NCBI GenBank assembly: GCA_965214615.1
Contig: OZ243952.1
Span: 2,125,734-2,189,733 of the forward strand
DNA: 64,000 bases
From: Arenicellales bacterium
GTDB taxonomy: Bacteria > Pseudomonadota > Gammaproteobacteria > Arenicellales > JAJDZL01
Reading direction: 5' to 3'
Shown here: one piece after another, positions 30,976 to 41,675 of the stretch
Layout: the number at the start of each line of letters is the position of its first letter
How positions within the stretch are numbered: the first letter of the stretch is position 1
Program-made: the position numbers and the translations under genes
The notes under the pieces: generated by a model
Told to the model about the DNA's origin: nothing
The model's input: the letters and a program-made list of their open reading frames with translations, nothing else
Database searches by the model: none

Positions 30976-33900
30976 TTATGCGGCCTGGGTGCGGAGATGC
31001 TCGCTGCCCATGGCTTCGAGCAAGGATTTGACAACAGGCTCTATCTGTTGCGCGTGCTGTTTCTTGATATGCCCAAAACCCCGGATCGATTCAGGATAGC
31101 AGGCCAATTCAACTGCAATCGCGTGATTGCCCGATGTCAGGCAAGAGATGGCGGTGTCAATTCTTGCCTCATATTCACGTATCAATTCACGATCGAATTT
31201 CCGATCCTCCGTATAGCCAAACGGATCGAATGGCGAATGGCGAAGAAACTTCAAACGTCCAAGCAACTTTAGAATCTTGCCGGTGCCCGGACCATATTCC
31301 TTTTTGCGAGGATGCCCTGTCATCTCATTCGTGCGCGAAAAAGCAGGAGGAGCCAGATGGTATCTCAGTTCATACCCGCCCTCGAACTGCCGCTCAATCC
31401 GCCCAATGAATTCGGGTCGCGTCAGCAGTCGCGCCACTTCGTACTCATCCTTGTACATCAGCAATTTATGATAGTATCGGGCAACTGCCAGCGCAAATCC
31501 GCTGGTTCCCGGTGCTGCGCCGGCTTCAGCGTTGCGCGCCCGTTCGACCAAATTTCGAAAACGTTGGGCGTACGCCTCGTCCTGATACTCGACAAGCAAC
31601 GACGAACGATGCCGAATCAGTTCATCGATATCTTCAAAGTCCGCCCCGTCACCGATGCCATCCCGGGTGTCGCAGTCGATCAGTTCATCGACGGCGGCGG
31701 GGTCCTGCACAAATTGACGGCCGCGCCGAAATGCCTGGACATTCCGCTCTGCCGAACGTCCGTTCAGTTCGATTGCCGACTCAATCGATTCCGCACTCAA
31801 TGGCAGCGCGCCCTTTTGAAACGCCACTCCGACAAGAAACATATTTGCGAACAGGGTGTCTCCGAACAATGATTGCGCATAGCGGTTCGCATCCAGAAAC
31901 GTCGCATCGCCTTTGGTGGATGCGCGAATTCTGGACCGCAATTCATCGCCTGGAAACAGCAAGTTCGAGTTCCGAGTAAAGTCGCCGGGCATCATCTCAT
32001 AGTCGTTCACAACCGCGCAAGTTCGGTCCGACGACGAAACCGCCAGCACTTTCTTGCTCGACGATACCGCTAAATCGCAGCCGATGATGAGATCAGCGCC
32101 GCCGTTGGCGACATGCATTGCCGATATGTCGCGCGGATTCGGCGCTATGATGACATGGCTGATCACCGCTCCGCCCTTTTGCGCCAGGCCGGTCATGTCC
32201 AGCACCGAGCAGCCGAGCTTTGATATGTGCGCGGCCATGCCGATTATGGCACCGACTGTGATCACGCCGGTTCCGCCAACTCCGGTGATCACTGCGCTGT
32301 ATTCGCCCGACAGCTTCGTTTTCGCTGGCGCCTTAAGCGCATCCGAATCGAGCGGAACCATAGCGCTCGATTGCCTTGGGCCTCGCAGTCTGCCGCCGTG
32401 CACCGTGACAAAGCTGGGACAGAAACCGTCTACGCACGAATAGTCCTTGTTGCATGCCGACTGGTCAATCTGCCGCTTTCGACCCAATTGAGTCTCTACA
32501 GGCAAAATCGCAACACAGTTGGACTGAATCCCGCAATCGCCGCAGCCTTCGCACACGTCTGTGTTGATCACGACCCGCTTTGCCGGATCCGGATATGTGC
32601 CGCGCTTGCGGCGGCGGCGCTTTTCAGCCGCGCAGGTCTGGTCGTAGATAATCGCGGTAGCACCGCTCACGGTGCGCAGATGCCTTTGAACGCTGTCGAG
32701 ATTTTCGCGCGGAACAACTTCTACATCCGAAGGAAACGCAGGCAATCCGCGATACTTGCCGATATCGTCTGAAACAACCACGACTTCGCGCACGCCCTCT
32801 GCAATGAGCTGACTCGCAATTCGCGGCACGCTCAGCGGGGCATCGAACGGCTGGCCGCCTGTCATGGCTACGGCGTCGTTGTAAAGAAGCTTGAATGTAA
32901 TGTTTGTCCCGGCCGCAACCGCCGCCCGTATTGCCATCACACCGGAGTGAATGTACGTACCGTCTCCAATGTTCTGGAACATGTGCTCGCGCTTGCTGAA
33001 CAGGCTCTCGCCGACCCAGCTGGCCCCTTCTGCGCCCATCTGGGTAAACCGCGCAGTCGAGCGGTCCATCCATTGCGCCATATAGTGACAGCCGATTCCC
33101 GCAAGCGCCGCACTGCCTTCGGGCACTTTCGTCGAAGTGTTGTGCGGACATCCTGCGCAAAAATACGGCACCCGCTCAAGCGGCGCCAGTTCGACTTCCT
33201 GGCCGATCAGACGGCGCACATGCCCGTAGCGCTGCCGCAAGGTTTCCGATTCGGCGTGAAGCAAGACATGCCGGGCGATGGCAGAAGCAATCTGCATGGC
33301 ATTGAGCCGGCCCTTCGAGGGCAGCAATGGCTTGCCTTGTTCGTCACATTTGCCGACTACGGCGGGAGCATTGGCGCTGCCGTAAAGTATCGACCGGATT
33401 TGATCTTCGATCAATCCGCGCTTTTCCTCGACGACAACGATGTGCTTCAGGCCGCGGGCAAACCGTCTCAGTCCCTCGCGCTCAAGCGGCCAGGTCAGCG
33501 CGACCTTGTACAGCCGTATGCCGAGACGTCGGGATTCGGATTCGTCTATGCCGAGCTCCTTGAGCGCGCGGCGCACATCCGAATAGGATTTTCCGGCAGT
33601 CACAATTCCGACACTGGCATCTGGGCAATCAAAAATCATCCGATCAATGCTGTTGGCCTGCCAGACATCCTGAACGATCCGAAGCTTATGCTCATGCAGC
33701 CGGGCCTCCTGCTCAAGGGGCGTATCCGGCCAGCGAATATTCAGCCCCCCGCCCGGCAATTCCAAGCCATCGGGAATGACAAGTCCTGCGCAATCGTCGG
33801 CTATTTCAACCGATGCGGTCGACTCCACCGTGTCGTGAACGCACTTCAGTCCGACCCAGCATCCGGAAATTCTCGACAGCGCCCACCCGGCCAGGCCAAA

Positions 33901-34479
33901 TTCGAGAATATCCTGAACTCCGGAGGGGTTGAGAATCGGCATCATCGCGTCGACAAGCGCAAACTCGCTCTGGTGGGCGGTGGTCGACGACTCGCAAACG
34001 TGATCGTCCCCCATCGCCGCCAGTACTCCTCCGAATTTGGAAGAACCTGCGAGATTCGCGTGCCGGAACGCATCACCTGAGCGATCTACGCCGGGGCCTT
34101 TGCCATACCATATGCAAAACACGCCGTCGTATTTTCCCTGGTCTTCAAGCACTGACTGCTGCGTGCCCCAGATCGAGGTAGCGGCCAAGTCTTCGTTGAC
34201 TCCCGGCTGAAAGACAATGTGATGCTCGTCAAGAAATTTCTGAGCCTGCCACAACTGAATATCCAGTCCGCCAAGCGGCGAGCCCCGATACCCCGAAATG
34301 AATCCCGCCGTATTCAGCCCGGCGGCGAGGTCGCGCCGGCGCTGCACCAGCGACAGCCGCACGAGCGCCTGTATGCCGGTCAAATAGATGCGACCGGTGT
34401 GCTTCGTGTACCTGTCGTTGAGCGCTACGTTGTCGATCATTTGCCGTGCCGGTCCAATTTCATCGCCCGCCTCGGTCAC
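30976..34479 (-). CDS. indolepyruvate:ferredoxin oxidoreductase family protein, fused alpha-beta form
   Basis: 1167 aa. N-terminal TPP/pyrimidine-binding region, central 4Fe-4S cluster motif [14 protein letters not shown]-terminal IorB-like region ([13 protein letters not shown]). Confidence 0.87.
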   Translation of the reverse strand: MTEAGDEIGPARQMIDNVALNDRYTKHTGRIYLTGIQALVRLSLVQRRRDLAAGLNTAGFISGYRGSPLGGLDIQLWQAQKFLDEHHIVFQPGVNEDLAATSIWGTQQSVLEDQGKYDGVFCIWYGKGPGVDRSGDAFRHANLAGSSKFGGVLAAMGDDHVCESSTTAHQSEFALVDAMMPILNPSGVQDILEFGLAGWALSRISGCWVGLKCVHDTVESTASVEIADDCAGLVIPDGLELPGGGLNIRWPDTPLEQEARLHEHKLRIVQDVWQANSIDRMIFDCPDASVGIVTAGKSYSDVRRALKELGIDESESRRLGIRLYKVALTWPLEREGLRRFARGLKHIVVVEEKRGLIEDQIRSILYGSANAPAVVGKCDEQGKPLLPSKGRLNAMQIASAIARHVLLHAESETLRQRYGHVRRLIGQEVELAPLERVPYFCAGCPHNTSTKVPEGSAALAGIGCHYMAQWMDRSTARFTQMGAEGASWVGESLFSKREHMFQNIGDGTYIHSGVMAIRAAVAAGTNITFKLLYNDAVAMTGGQPFDAPLSVPRIASQLIAEGVREVVVVSDDIGKYRGLPAFPSDVEVVPRENLDSVQRHLRTVSGATAIIYDQTCAAEKRRRRKRGTYPDPAKRVVINTDVCEGCGDCGIQSNCVAILPVETQLGRKRQIDQSACNKDYSCVDGFCPSFVTVHGGRLRGPRQSSAMVPLDSDALKAPAKTKLSGEYSAVITGVGGTGVITVGAIIGMAAHISKLGCSVLDMTGLAQKGGAVISHVIIAPNPRDISAMHVANGGADLIIGCDLAVSSSKKVLAVSSSDRTCAVVNDYEMMPGDFTRNSNLLFPGDELRSRIRASTKGDATFLDANRYAQSLFGDTLFANMFLVGVAFQKGALPLSAESIESAIELNGRSAERNVQAFRRGRQFVQDPAAVDELIDCDTRDGIGDGADFEDIDELIRHRSSLLVEYQDEAYAQRFRNLVERARNAEAGAAPGTSGFALAVARYYHKLLMYKDEYEVARLLTRPEFIGRIERQFEGGYELRYHLAPPAFSRTNEMTGHPRKKEYGPGTGKILKLLGRLKFLRHSPFDPFGYTEDRKFDRELIREYEARIDTAISCLTSGNHAIAVELACYPESIRGFGHIKKQHAQQIEPVVKSLLEAMGSEHLRTQAA

Positions 34480-35678
34480 ACACCCCAGCGGAAGAAATCG
34501 TCCCCTTCCCTTACGTAGTATTTTGACAGTACCATCTTGTGAACTTCCGAAGCGCCGTCAACGAGCCGCGCCTGGCGCTGATAGCGATACATCCACTCCA
34601 GTATCGTGTCTTTCGAATACCCTTTGGCACCAAGTGTCTGGATCGCCGTGTCTACGACGTGATGCAAGGTGTCCGCCACGACAACCTTGGCGATCGATAC
34701 TTCCTTGCGGGCAAAATCCCCCTGCTCCAGCAGCCAGGCGGCATGCATGGTCAAAAGACGCCCCATGTGTATGCGCGATGCGGCATCTCCCAGCATCCAC
34801 TGAACGCCTTCATGATCGGTCAGCACCTGTCCGAATGCCATGCGCCTTGATGCGTAATCACGGGCAATTTCCATGGCTCTCCTGCACAGTCCGAGCCAAC
34901 GCATGCAGTGGGTCAGGCGCGCTGTTCCCAGACGGATCTGCACCACTTTCATTCCGTCGCCTTCTTCCATCAGGCGGTTTTCATCCGGAATCTCTAGTCC
35001 GTCGAACTTAAGCTCGCAGTGACCGCCATGCTCTTCGGGCCCCATGATCGGCACCCGGCGCACCAACTCCCAGCCCGGATCGTCGCGATGAAACATGAAC
35101 GCCGTCAATCCTTTGCGCGGGTCGTCCGATGTGCGTGCCAGCAGCATGAAGTGCTCGGCGACCCCGGCTCCGGTGATAAACCACTTGTGACCATGCACGA
35201 CCCATTTGTCGCGGACCTTCTCGGCCCGGGTCAGCATCATCCCCAGCGGATCGGAACCGGAACCTGGCGCCGGCTCTGTCATGGCCAGCGCCGAACGAAC
35301 CTTTCCATCGATGATCGGCTGAAGCCATCGCTCTTTCTGCGCCTCGCTCGCGACCTTGTTCAATACATACATGTTCCCGTCATCAGGCGCCGCGCTGTTG
35401 AATACGACGGGACCGAAGATTGAACGCCCCATTTCTTCGTAGCAGGCAGCCATGCCGACGGTGCCGAGCCCGCCGCCGCCCCGGTCGGTCGGCATCTGCA
35501 TCGCCCACAAACCTTCGCGTTTGGCTTTTTCCCGCAACGGACTCAGATAACTGCTCGCAATATTCTCGCCTTCGTCATACGCATCGGCGATCGATTCGAC
35601 GGGGATGATGTGCTCATTGACGAAACTGCGAATGCGTTTCTGACAATCCTTGATGTGTCCGTTCAGCTCAAATTCCAC
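34476..35678 (-). CDS. acyl-CoA dehydrogenase
   Basis: 400 aa with typical ACAD blocks (ALAMTEPAPGSGSD, WFITGAG, C-terminal QTLGAKGY). The stop overlaps the start of the downstream IOR gene by 4 nt. Confidence 0.87.
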   Translation of the reverse strand: MEFELNGHIKDCQKRIRSFVNEHIIPVESIADAYDEGENIASSYLSPLREKAKREGLWAMQMPTDRGGGGLGTVGMAACYEEMGRSIFGPVVFNSAAPDDGNMYVLNKVASEAQKERWLQPIIDGKVRSALAMTEPAPGSGSDPLGMMLTRAEKVRDKWVVHGHKWFITGAGVAEHFMLLARTSDDPRKGLTAFMFHRDDPGWELVRRVPIMGPEEHGGHCELKFDGLEIPDENRLMEEGDGMKVVQIRLGTARLTHCMRWLGLCRRAMEIARDYASRRMAFGQVLTDHEGVQWMLGDAASRIHMGRLLTMHAAWLLEQGDFARKEVSIAKVVVADTLHHVVDTAIQTLGAKGYSKDTILEWMYRYQRQARLVDGASEVHKMVLSKYYVREGDDFFRWGV

Positions 35679-35696
35679 CTGTCCGACTCCTGATGA

Positions 35697-36464
35697 CTAC
35701 ATTGATGATTGAAGATGACCGCCGTCGACAACGATAGTGCTGCCCGTCATATACGACGATGCGTTCGATGCCAGCAGCATCAGCGCTCCGTCAAGGTCGG
35801 ATACTTCGCCGAAGCGCTGCTGCGGTATTTTGCCAAGCGCCTTTTGCCCGCTTGGCGATTCCAAATAGGCGCGATTCATGTCGGTGACGATGTAGCCGGG
35901 AGCTATTGCATTGACCCTTACGTCGTAACGCGCCCATTCGTATGCGAGTACGTGCGTCAAATGTTCCAATGCCGCCTTGGCGGCGGCATAGTGCGCCACA
36001 TTGCCCATTACGCGCCGGCCCAGTATCGAGCACATGTTGACAATGCTGCCTCCGCTGCCATTGCCCGATAAGACGCGGCCCGCCTGCTGCGCTACCAGCC
36101 AGGCACCTTTGAGGTTGGTGTCCATGACATAGTCCCATGCATCCTCGCTCATATCAAGCGCCGGACTCGAATCGGCAACCCCGGCGTTGTTTACGACAAT
36201 GTCGATCTGGCCGAACTCCGAAACCGCCTGTGCAAATCCGTGCTGAACACTTGCGGCATCGGTAACGTCGATACGCACCATGGCCGCCCTGCCGCCCTCG
36301 GAGCGGATTGTGTCAACCATGGACGCAAGCCTGTCTTCGCGCCTTGCCGCTAGCACCACGCTGGCTCCGTACTGGTGCAGCAGGCGCGAGAAATGACTCC
36401 CGATTCCGCTGGACGCACCTGTAACCAAGGCCGTCTTGCCTGAAACATCAAACAGTGCATTCAT
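35697..36464 (-). CDS. short-chain dehydrogenase/reductase (SDR)
   Basis: TGASSGIG cofactor motif, NNAG, and catalytic YAAAKAAL. The start is taken at ATG 36464 (255 aa). The upstream extension in the track ORF looks non-coding. Confidence 0.85.
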   Translation of the reverse strand: MNALFDVSGKTALVTGASSGIGSHFSRLLHQYGASVVLAARREDRLASMVDTIRSEGGRAAMVRIDVTDAASVQHGFAQAVSEFGQIDIVVNNAGVADSSPALDMSEDAWDYVMDTNLKGAWLVAQQAGRVLSGNGSGGSIVNMCSILGRRVMGNVAHYAAAKAALEHLTHVLAYEWARYDVRVNAIAPGYIVTDMNRAYLESPSGQKALGKIPQQRFGEVSDLDGALMLLASNASSYMTGSTIVVDGGHLQSSM

Positions 36465-36917
36465 GGATCGCAAGCGGTATTTTGGGTTGAATTCGCAAAG
36501 GTGTGGAAGCGCATGGCATTCATGTCCCATTTTACCCCTGAATCGGCATGTCATCGGCCAAAATGAATCGCCAGGCATACTGCGAAATACGCAGTATTCA
36601 AAATTCAACAACCGATATGCTAACTTGGCAGCAATCCGCAATCCACATCATTCAGAACGGCAAATCGGCGGCATGCCGGAATTCAAAAAACAGGCAATTG
36701 CAATCATTGCTCCTGTGGGCTCAACTGCTGAATGACCTTGCATCGCCAGTGCGCCGAATTGAATCGTCTGCATTGCCGATTGAGCTTGCAAACTTACTGA
36801 TGTGCGCCTAAAAGGAATCGACACTGACGACGACGTGCTGATTCGCGCTCGCGATATCGGCGTGCGTCGGGCAAAGCGCTGGATCATCCGCCATGTCGAT
36901 GCCCAGATCCGGCGCAA

Positions 36918-38570
36918 TCACTCAGGCATCAGCGTTCGAATGTAGGCTTCCCTGTCGACCTGCATGTCTATCAGTGCAAGTCGTTCTTCGCTCTGAGCAG
37001 CTTCAAATGCCGCTACGAATTCCTCAAGCGTGCGCACCGTATAGCCGCCCGCCCCGAAACTTTGCGCATATGCTGCAAAATCAGGATTCAATAGATCTGT
37101 AGCGATGACCCGACCTGGAAACTTGTGCTCCTGATGCCGGCGAATCGTGCCAAGTACTCCGTTGTTCACGATGATGACCGTAATGTTCAATTCAAGCATG
37201 GCGGCAGTTGCCATCTCCTGGCCTGTCATCAAAAAGCAGCCGTCGCCCAGAATGCAGACAACCGGGCGATCCGGAGCACATAGCTTGGCAGCAATCGCCG
37301 CAGGCATTCCATATCCCATGGATCCGGCACGCGGTGCGATCTGCGTCCGGTATCTCGATCCGTAGTAGTAGTACCGGTGCAGCACCCCTGTGCTGATACC
37401 CGAGCCATTGACCACAATTGCATCAGGGCAAAGATTGTCGCGCAGCCAGACAACGGCCTGCTCGTTTGTGAACACTGGACCCGGTGCCGGCGCCTTCGAA
37501 TAAACAAGGTAGTCATTGCGCAGCCTTGCGGTCCATCCGACCCAGGCATCTCTGCCCGAAAGCTCGACGTTCTCAACCGCTTTGAGAAATGACCCGGACG
37601 ATGCGTTGATCGCAAAATCCGGCCGATAGACTCTTCCAAGTTCGTGAATGTCCGCGTGCACATGAAAAAACGCGCAGTCTGGCTTCGGTGCGCTGATCAG
37701 CGTATATTTGCGAGTCGTCAATTCGCCAAGCCGAGCTCCGATGCACAGAATTCGATCGCTGCCCTTAACGCTTTCGGCAAGGTTCTCGCCGGTGCTGATG
37801 CCCAGATCCCCGACAAAATTCGAATTGCGGTTGTCCATGTAGTCCTGGCATCGAAATTCAGCGGCAACGGGCAAGCCGTTGCGCTGCGCAAAGTCGGCGA
37901 TGATGCGATGGCTTTCGTCGCTCCAGCCTCCGCCGCCGACGATTACGAGCGGCCGGGATCCGCCCTGGAAAAATTGCCTGACGAGCTGTGGCGCATTGGC
38001 CGGCGCCTGAGGCTCGGGAATTGCGGCTGCAGGAATATTGTCTGCTTCAACCGAATCGAACAGCATGTCCTCGGGCAGCGATAGAACTACGGGGCCTGGA
38101 CGTCCGGATACCGCAATATTCCAGGCGCGACTGATATATTCCGGTATGCGCCTGGCATCGTCAATCTGCGCACTCCATTTCGCAAGCGGGCGAAACATCG
38201 CTTCGAAATCAACTTCCTGAAATCCCTCCCGGTCCAGATGTCCGCGCTCAACCTGTCCGATGAGCAAAATCATCGGCGAACTGTCCTGATAGGCGATGTG
38301 AACGCCAAGGGACGCATTCGTCGCCCCAGGTCCGCGGGTCACAATGCAAACAGCCGGCTTCGATGTCATCTTGCCCCACGCCTCAGCCATAATCGCTGCG
38401 CCGCTTTCGTGCCTGCAAGGCACTGTCAGTATGTCGGGATGATCATAGAGACCGTCCAGCACCGGCAGAAATGATTCGCCAGCCACGCAAAAGACCGCCT
38501 CGCAATGCTGCTCGGCGAGTTGGTCGGCAAGTATCTTGCCGCCATGACGGACTTTGGAGGTCAGAGACAC
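36918..38570 (-). CDS. thiamine-pyrophosphate enzyme of the acetolactate synthase / 2-oxoacid decarboxylase family
   Basis: TPP-binding motif GDGCFLMTGQEMATAAMLELNITVIIVNNG (GDG-x24-NN). 550 aa with three-domain length. Confidence 0.85.
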   Translation of the reverse strand: MSLTSKVRHGGKILADQLAEQHCEAVFCVAGESFLPVLDGLYDHPDILTVPCRHESGAAIMAEAWGKMTSKPAVCIVTRGPGATNASLGVHIAYQDSSPMILLIGQVERGHLDREGFQEVDFEAMFRPLAKWSAQIDDARRIPEYISRAWNIAVSGRPGPVVLSLPEDMLFDSVEADNIPAAAIPEPQAPANAPQLVRQFFQGGSRPLVIVGGGGWSDESHRIIADFAQRNGLPVAAEFRCQDYMDNRNSNFVGDLGISTGENLAESVKGSDRILCIGARLGELTTRKYTLISAPKPDCAFFHVHADIHELGRVYRPDFAINASSGSFLKAVENVELSGRDAWVGWTARLRNDYLVYSKAPAPGPVFTNEQAVVWLRDNLCPDAIVVNGSGISTGVLHRYYYYGSRYRTQIAPRAGSMGYGMPAAIAAKLCAPDRPVVCILGDGCFLMTGQEMATAAMLELNITVIIVNNGVLGTIRRHQEHKFPGRVIATDLLNPDFAAYAQSFGAGGYTVRTLEEFVAAFEAAQSEERLALIDMQVDREAYIRTLMPE

Positions 38571-38837
38571 TTAATCTCGAGATCAGTCGATAGGACAGAT
38601 TGGAATAATTCCGAACGAAGTTTGAACACGCTGCATTGTATCTGAATTCGGATGTCCACTTGCGCCGTTGTAGCGCCAACGCACGATGCCGATATCCATG
38701 CGGACGGGCGCCACTCTACTGATTAGAAATTGCTTGACAAAGCGACTATTTTTCTGCATGCTTGCACATAATTAGTGCATCCGTGCGCATGCAGCACGGT
38801 GATTGGCTGATATTGTGGCACAGATGAGGTTTGATCA

Positions 38838-39734
38838 GTGCGACACACAAAAAAGTGGATTTCCCATCCGGCTCTCACAGTGACAGTAGCAGCATTGTGC
38901 TACACCGCATGGATTGCACTCGTATTGTTCGGCGAGTCCATCCCGGTCTGGCTACTGTTCGTCCTAGGCGGCTACGTCGTCTGCCTGCACGGCAGCCTGC
39001 AGCATGAAGCGGTCCACGGCCATCCGTTTGCGTCAGCATGGGTGAATTCGATTTTGGTACTGCCTCCCCTGTCTCTCGGCTATCCGTACCACATATACCG
39101 CCAAGAGCACCTGAAGCACCACCGGTGCGAAACACTCACCGACGCTGAAGATGATCCCGAATCGCTCTACTTCATGAAACGTGAATGGGATAATAAATAT
39201 GTTTTATTTCAATATATTCACAGAATAAACTTCACGTTATTTGGAAGAGTAACAATCGGACCGGCAGTTTCCATTGCGACGCTGTGGCGCAATCAGTTGC
39301 GTATGATGCTAAAAGGCGATTCGATTCGAATTCGAATCTGGCTGGTTCATCTGGCCCTGTCAGCCGGAATCCTGGTTTTCGCCTATGTTGCAGGCGGAAT
39401 TCCGCCGTGGAAGTATGTGCTTTGCTTTGCGTATCCGGGCATCGCCCTGACACTGCTTCGTTCGTACACGGAGCACCGGTGGTCACCGCAGGCCGATGAG
39501 CGCAGCATCGTCATCGAGGGATCGCCGGTCAGCCAGTTGCTCTATCTGAACAACAACTTTCACTGGCTGCACCACGAAAATCCCAAGCAGCCGTGGTATG
39601 AACTGCGAGGCGAATTTTATAAGCGCAGGCACGAAGTCCTTCAGGTCAATGGCGACTTCTACCTGCGCAGCTATGCGCACCTTATTCCCCGGCTGTGGCG
39701 AGACCGTCCTGTTGCTCCGATTCATCCTTCGTAG
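38838..39734 (+). CDS. membrane fatty-acid desaturase family protein
   Basis: Three His boxes (HEAVHGH, HLKHH, HWLHH) and hydrophobic helices. GTG start. Confidence 0.8.
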   Translation: MRHTKKWISHPALTVTVAALCYTAWIALVLFGESIPVWLLFVLGGYVVCLHGSLQHEAVHGHPFASAWVNSILVLPPLSLGYPYHIYRQEHLKHHRCETLTDAEDDPESLYFMKREWDNKYVLFQYIHRINFTLFGRVTIGPAVSIATLWRNQLRMMLKGDSIRIRIWLVHLALSAGILVFAYVAGGIPPWKYVLCFAYPGIALTLLRSYTEHRWSPQADERSIVIEGSPVSQLLYLNNNFHWLHHENPKQPWYELRGEFYKRRHEVLQVNGDFYLRSYAHLIPRLWRDRPVAPIHPS

Positions 39735-39948
39735 CGCGCCAAGGCCTGATCAGAGCCGAGATCGATAGAACCCATCTCGTCGCCTGCCCGGCGCGGCGCA
39801 TCACACTTGGGCACAGCCCACGTCAATCCAGTGCAAACGCAATGCAAAGCGCGTTCGCGAATGCGGCTTCGACCCGAATGTTCGGCAGTTATAATTGCGG
39901 ATCGCGATTGATCGCAGATTCTCAATCAATTCAAAAAGGAAATACTCA

Positions 39949-40302
39949 ATGAGCGACATAAGACGAATCGAAATCGGAGCACGAATGAGCCAGGCCGTTA
40001 TCCACGGCAACACTGTCTATCTCGCAGGCCAAGTCGCGCTTGGCGCAGCCGGCGAAAGCGTCGAGAGCCAGACGCGGGACATTGTGAATCGAATTGACAC
40101 TCTTCTTGAACAGGCCGGCACAAGCAAGGAAAAATTGCTTTCCGCGACCATCTGGCTTGCAGACATCGACAATTTCGATGAAATGAACTCCGTGTGGGAT
40201 GCCTGGGTCGCACCCGGAAACACTCCGGCAAGGGCGTGTGTCGAGTCGAAGCTGGCCGCACCGCAGTTCACCGTTGAAATCGGAGTCGTTGTCGCACTCT
40301 GA
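39949..40302 (+). CDS. RidA/YjgF/L-PSP family enamine/imine deaminase
   Basis: 117 aa. AVIHGNTVYLAGQVA ... PARACVESKLAAPQFTVEIGVVVAL is the classic RidA-family pattern. The start is taken at ATG 39949. Confidence 0.85.
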   Translation: MSDIRRIEIGARMSQAVIHGNTVYLAGQVALGAAGESVESQTRDIVNRIDTLLEQAGTSKEKLLSATIWLADIDNFDEMNSVWDAWVAPGNTPARACVESKLAAPQFTVEIGVVVAL

Positions 40303-40329
40303 TTGCCCTCTCTGTAACGATAGACGACG

Positions 40330-41580
40330 ATGCGCGTTGCGATTCTAGGTGCCGGCGTAATCGGTGTCACGACCGCCTACGAACTGGCATTAGACGACCC
40401 ATCGCACGACATCTGCGTCTATGATGTCGGCGCCGAGGCAGCGTCCGAAGCAAGCGCAGTCAATGCCTCGATGATTGCGCCGGGCCACTCCTACGCCTGG
40501 GCGTCACCCAAGGTTCCACTGATCCTGCTTAAATCCTTCTACCGAAACGATCAGGCGTTCCGCATTCGACTGCGATTCGATCGCAAATTCTGGCAATGGA
40601 CTGCGCTTTTCCTGAAGCAGTGCAACGATCAGGACGCAAAGGACAATACGCGGCGCAAGCATGCGCTATGCGCCTACTCTCAGCAACGGCTTGGCGAAAT
40701 CGTCGATTTCCACCAGATCGATTACGACCGCGTCACCCGGGGGCTGCTGTATCTTTACCGCAATCGAAAATCGTTTGAAACCGGATGCGCACGTTCCGAC
40801 CTGCTCACCTCGCTAGGTCAGCAGATCGAAGTGCTGAGCGCAAATCAGGTGGCACAACTGGACAGCGCATATGAAGGGGCGGTTCCCAAACTAGCCGGCG
40901 CACTTTATTCCCCGACAGATGAAACCGGAAGCTGCAAGAGATTCACCGAAGCCCTGGTTCGGCTGTGCGAATCGCGCGGAGTCCAATTTCAGTTCGACTG
41001 CAAAATTCAATCGCTTCGGCGACAAGGCGGACAGATTGCGGGCGTCGAGACGACAAACGGTGAAATTGATGCCGATTTGTACATCATCTGCCTAGGCGCT
41101 CACACGCCCTTGCTGCTCAAACCAGTCGGTATCGACCTGCCAATCTACCCGGTAAAGGGATACTCGGTCACGTTTCCGACCAGGCAGTCGAACAACCCTC
41201 CGGCAATCGGCGCAATCGATGAAGACAATCTCGTTGCGATTGCTCCGGTGGGCGAGATGATGCGCGTTACTGCGACTGCTGAATTTTCCGGCTATGACCT
41301 GAGCCATAGCCCGAAGCATTTCAATCCGATGATGTCTGCAGCCAGGAATCTGCTGCCCGATGCAGCCGACTACGGCCGACCGAACTATCGTGCGTGCTTT
41401 CGGCCGATGACGCCGCAAGGGACCCCGTTTATCGGATTTACGCGGCTGGAAAATCTTTTCATCAATTGCGGGCAAGGACATATGGGCTGGACCATGGCTT
41501 GCGGGTCCGCGCGCATTGCCGCAGATCTGATCGCTGGAAAGCCGGGAGCAATTGACACAGCCGCTTTTAGCCCGAACTGA
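40330..41580 (+). CDS. FAD-dependent D-amino-acid dehydrogenase-like oxidoreductase
   Basis: MRVAILGAGVIGVTTAYELA Rossmann start and a 416-aa DAO-family length. The C-terminal GQGHMGWTMACGSARIAADLI resembles DadA. Confidence 0.8.
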   Translation: MRVAILGAGVIGVTTAYELALDDPSHDICVYDVGAEAASEASAVNASMIAPGHSYAWASPKVPLILLKSFYRNDQAFRIRLRFDRKFWQWTALFLKQCNDQDAKDNTRRKHALCAYSQQRLGEIVDFHQIDYDRVTRGLLYLYRNRKSFETGCARSDLLTSLGQQIEVLSANQVAQLDSAYEGAVPKLAGALYSPTDETGSCKRFTEALVRLCESRGVQFQFDCKIQSLRRQGGQIAGVETTNGEIDADLYIICLGAHTPLLLKPVGIDLPIYPVKGYSVTFPTRQSNNPPAIGAIDEDNLVAIAPVGEMMRVTATAEFSGYDLSHSPKHFNPMMSAARNLLPDAADYGRPNYRACFRPMTPQGTPFIGFTRLENLFINCGQGHMGWTMACGSARIAADLIAGKPGAIDTAAFSPN

Positions 41581-41675
41581 CGATGTCGGCAAGCCCGCTC
41601 GGGGCAACGCCGATTTTCATTCGAAGCCGTAATTTGGTAAATTGGCTAAAACAATCTAATTCATTGACGTCACAG

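Noticed and set aside
36648-36917. 89-aa minus-strand ORF that starts right after, and in frame with, the TGA stop of the TPP-enzyme gene. It could be stop-codon read-through or a selenocysteine extension.
   Set aside because: The translation (Arg/Ser/Thr-rich) has no recognisable features. I saw no SECIS-like hairpin, and the TPP enzyme already ends at a family-typical length. The 450-nt gap 36465-36917 remains unexplained but has no supportable feature.
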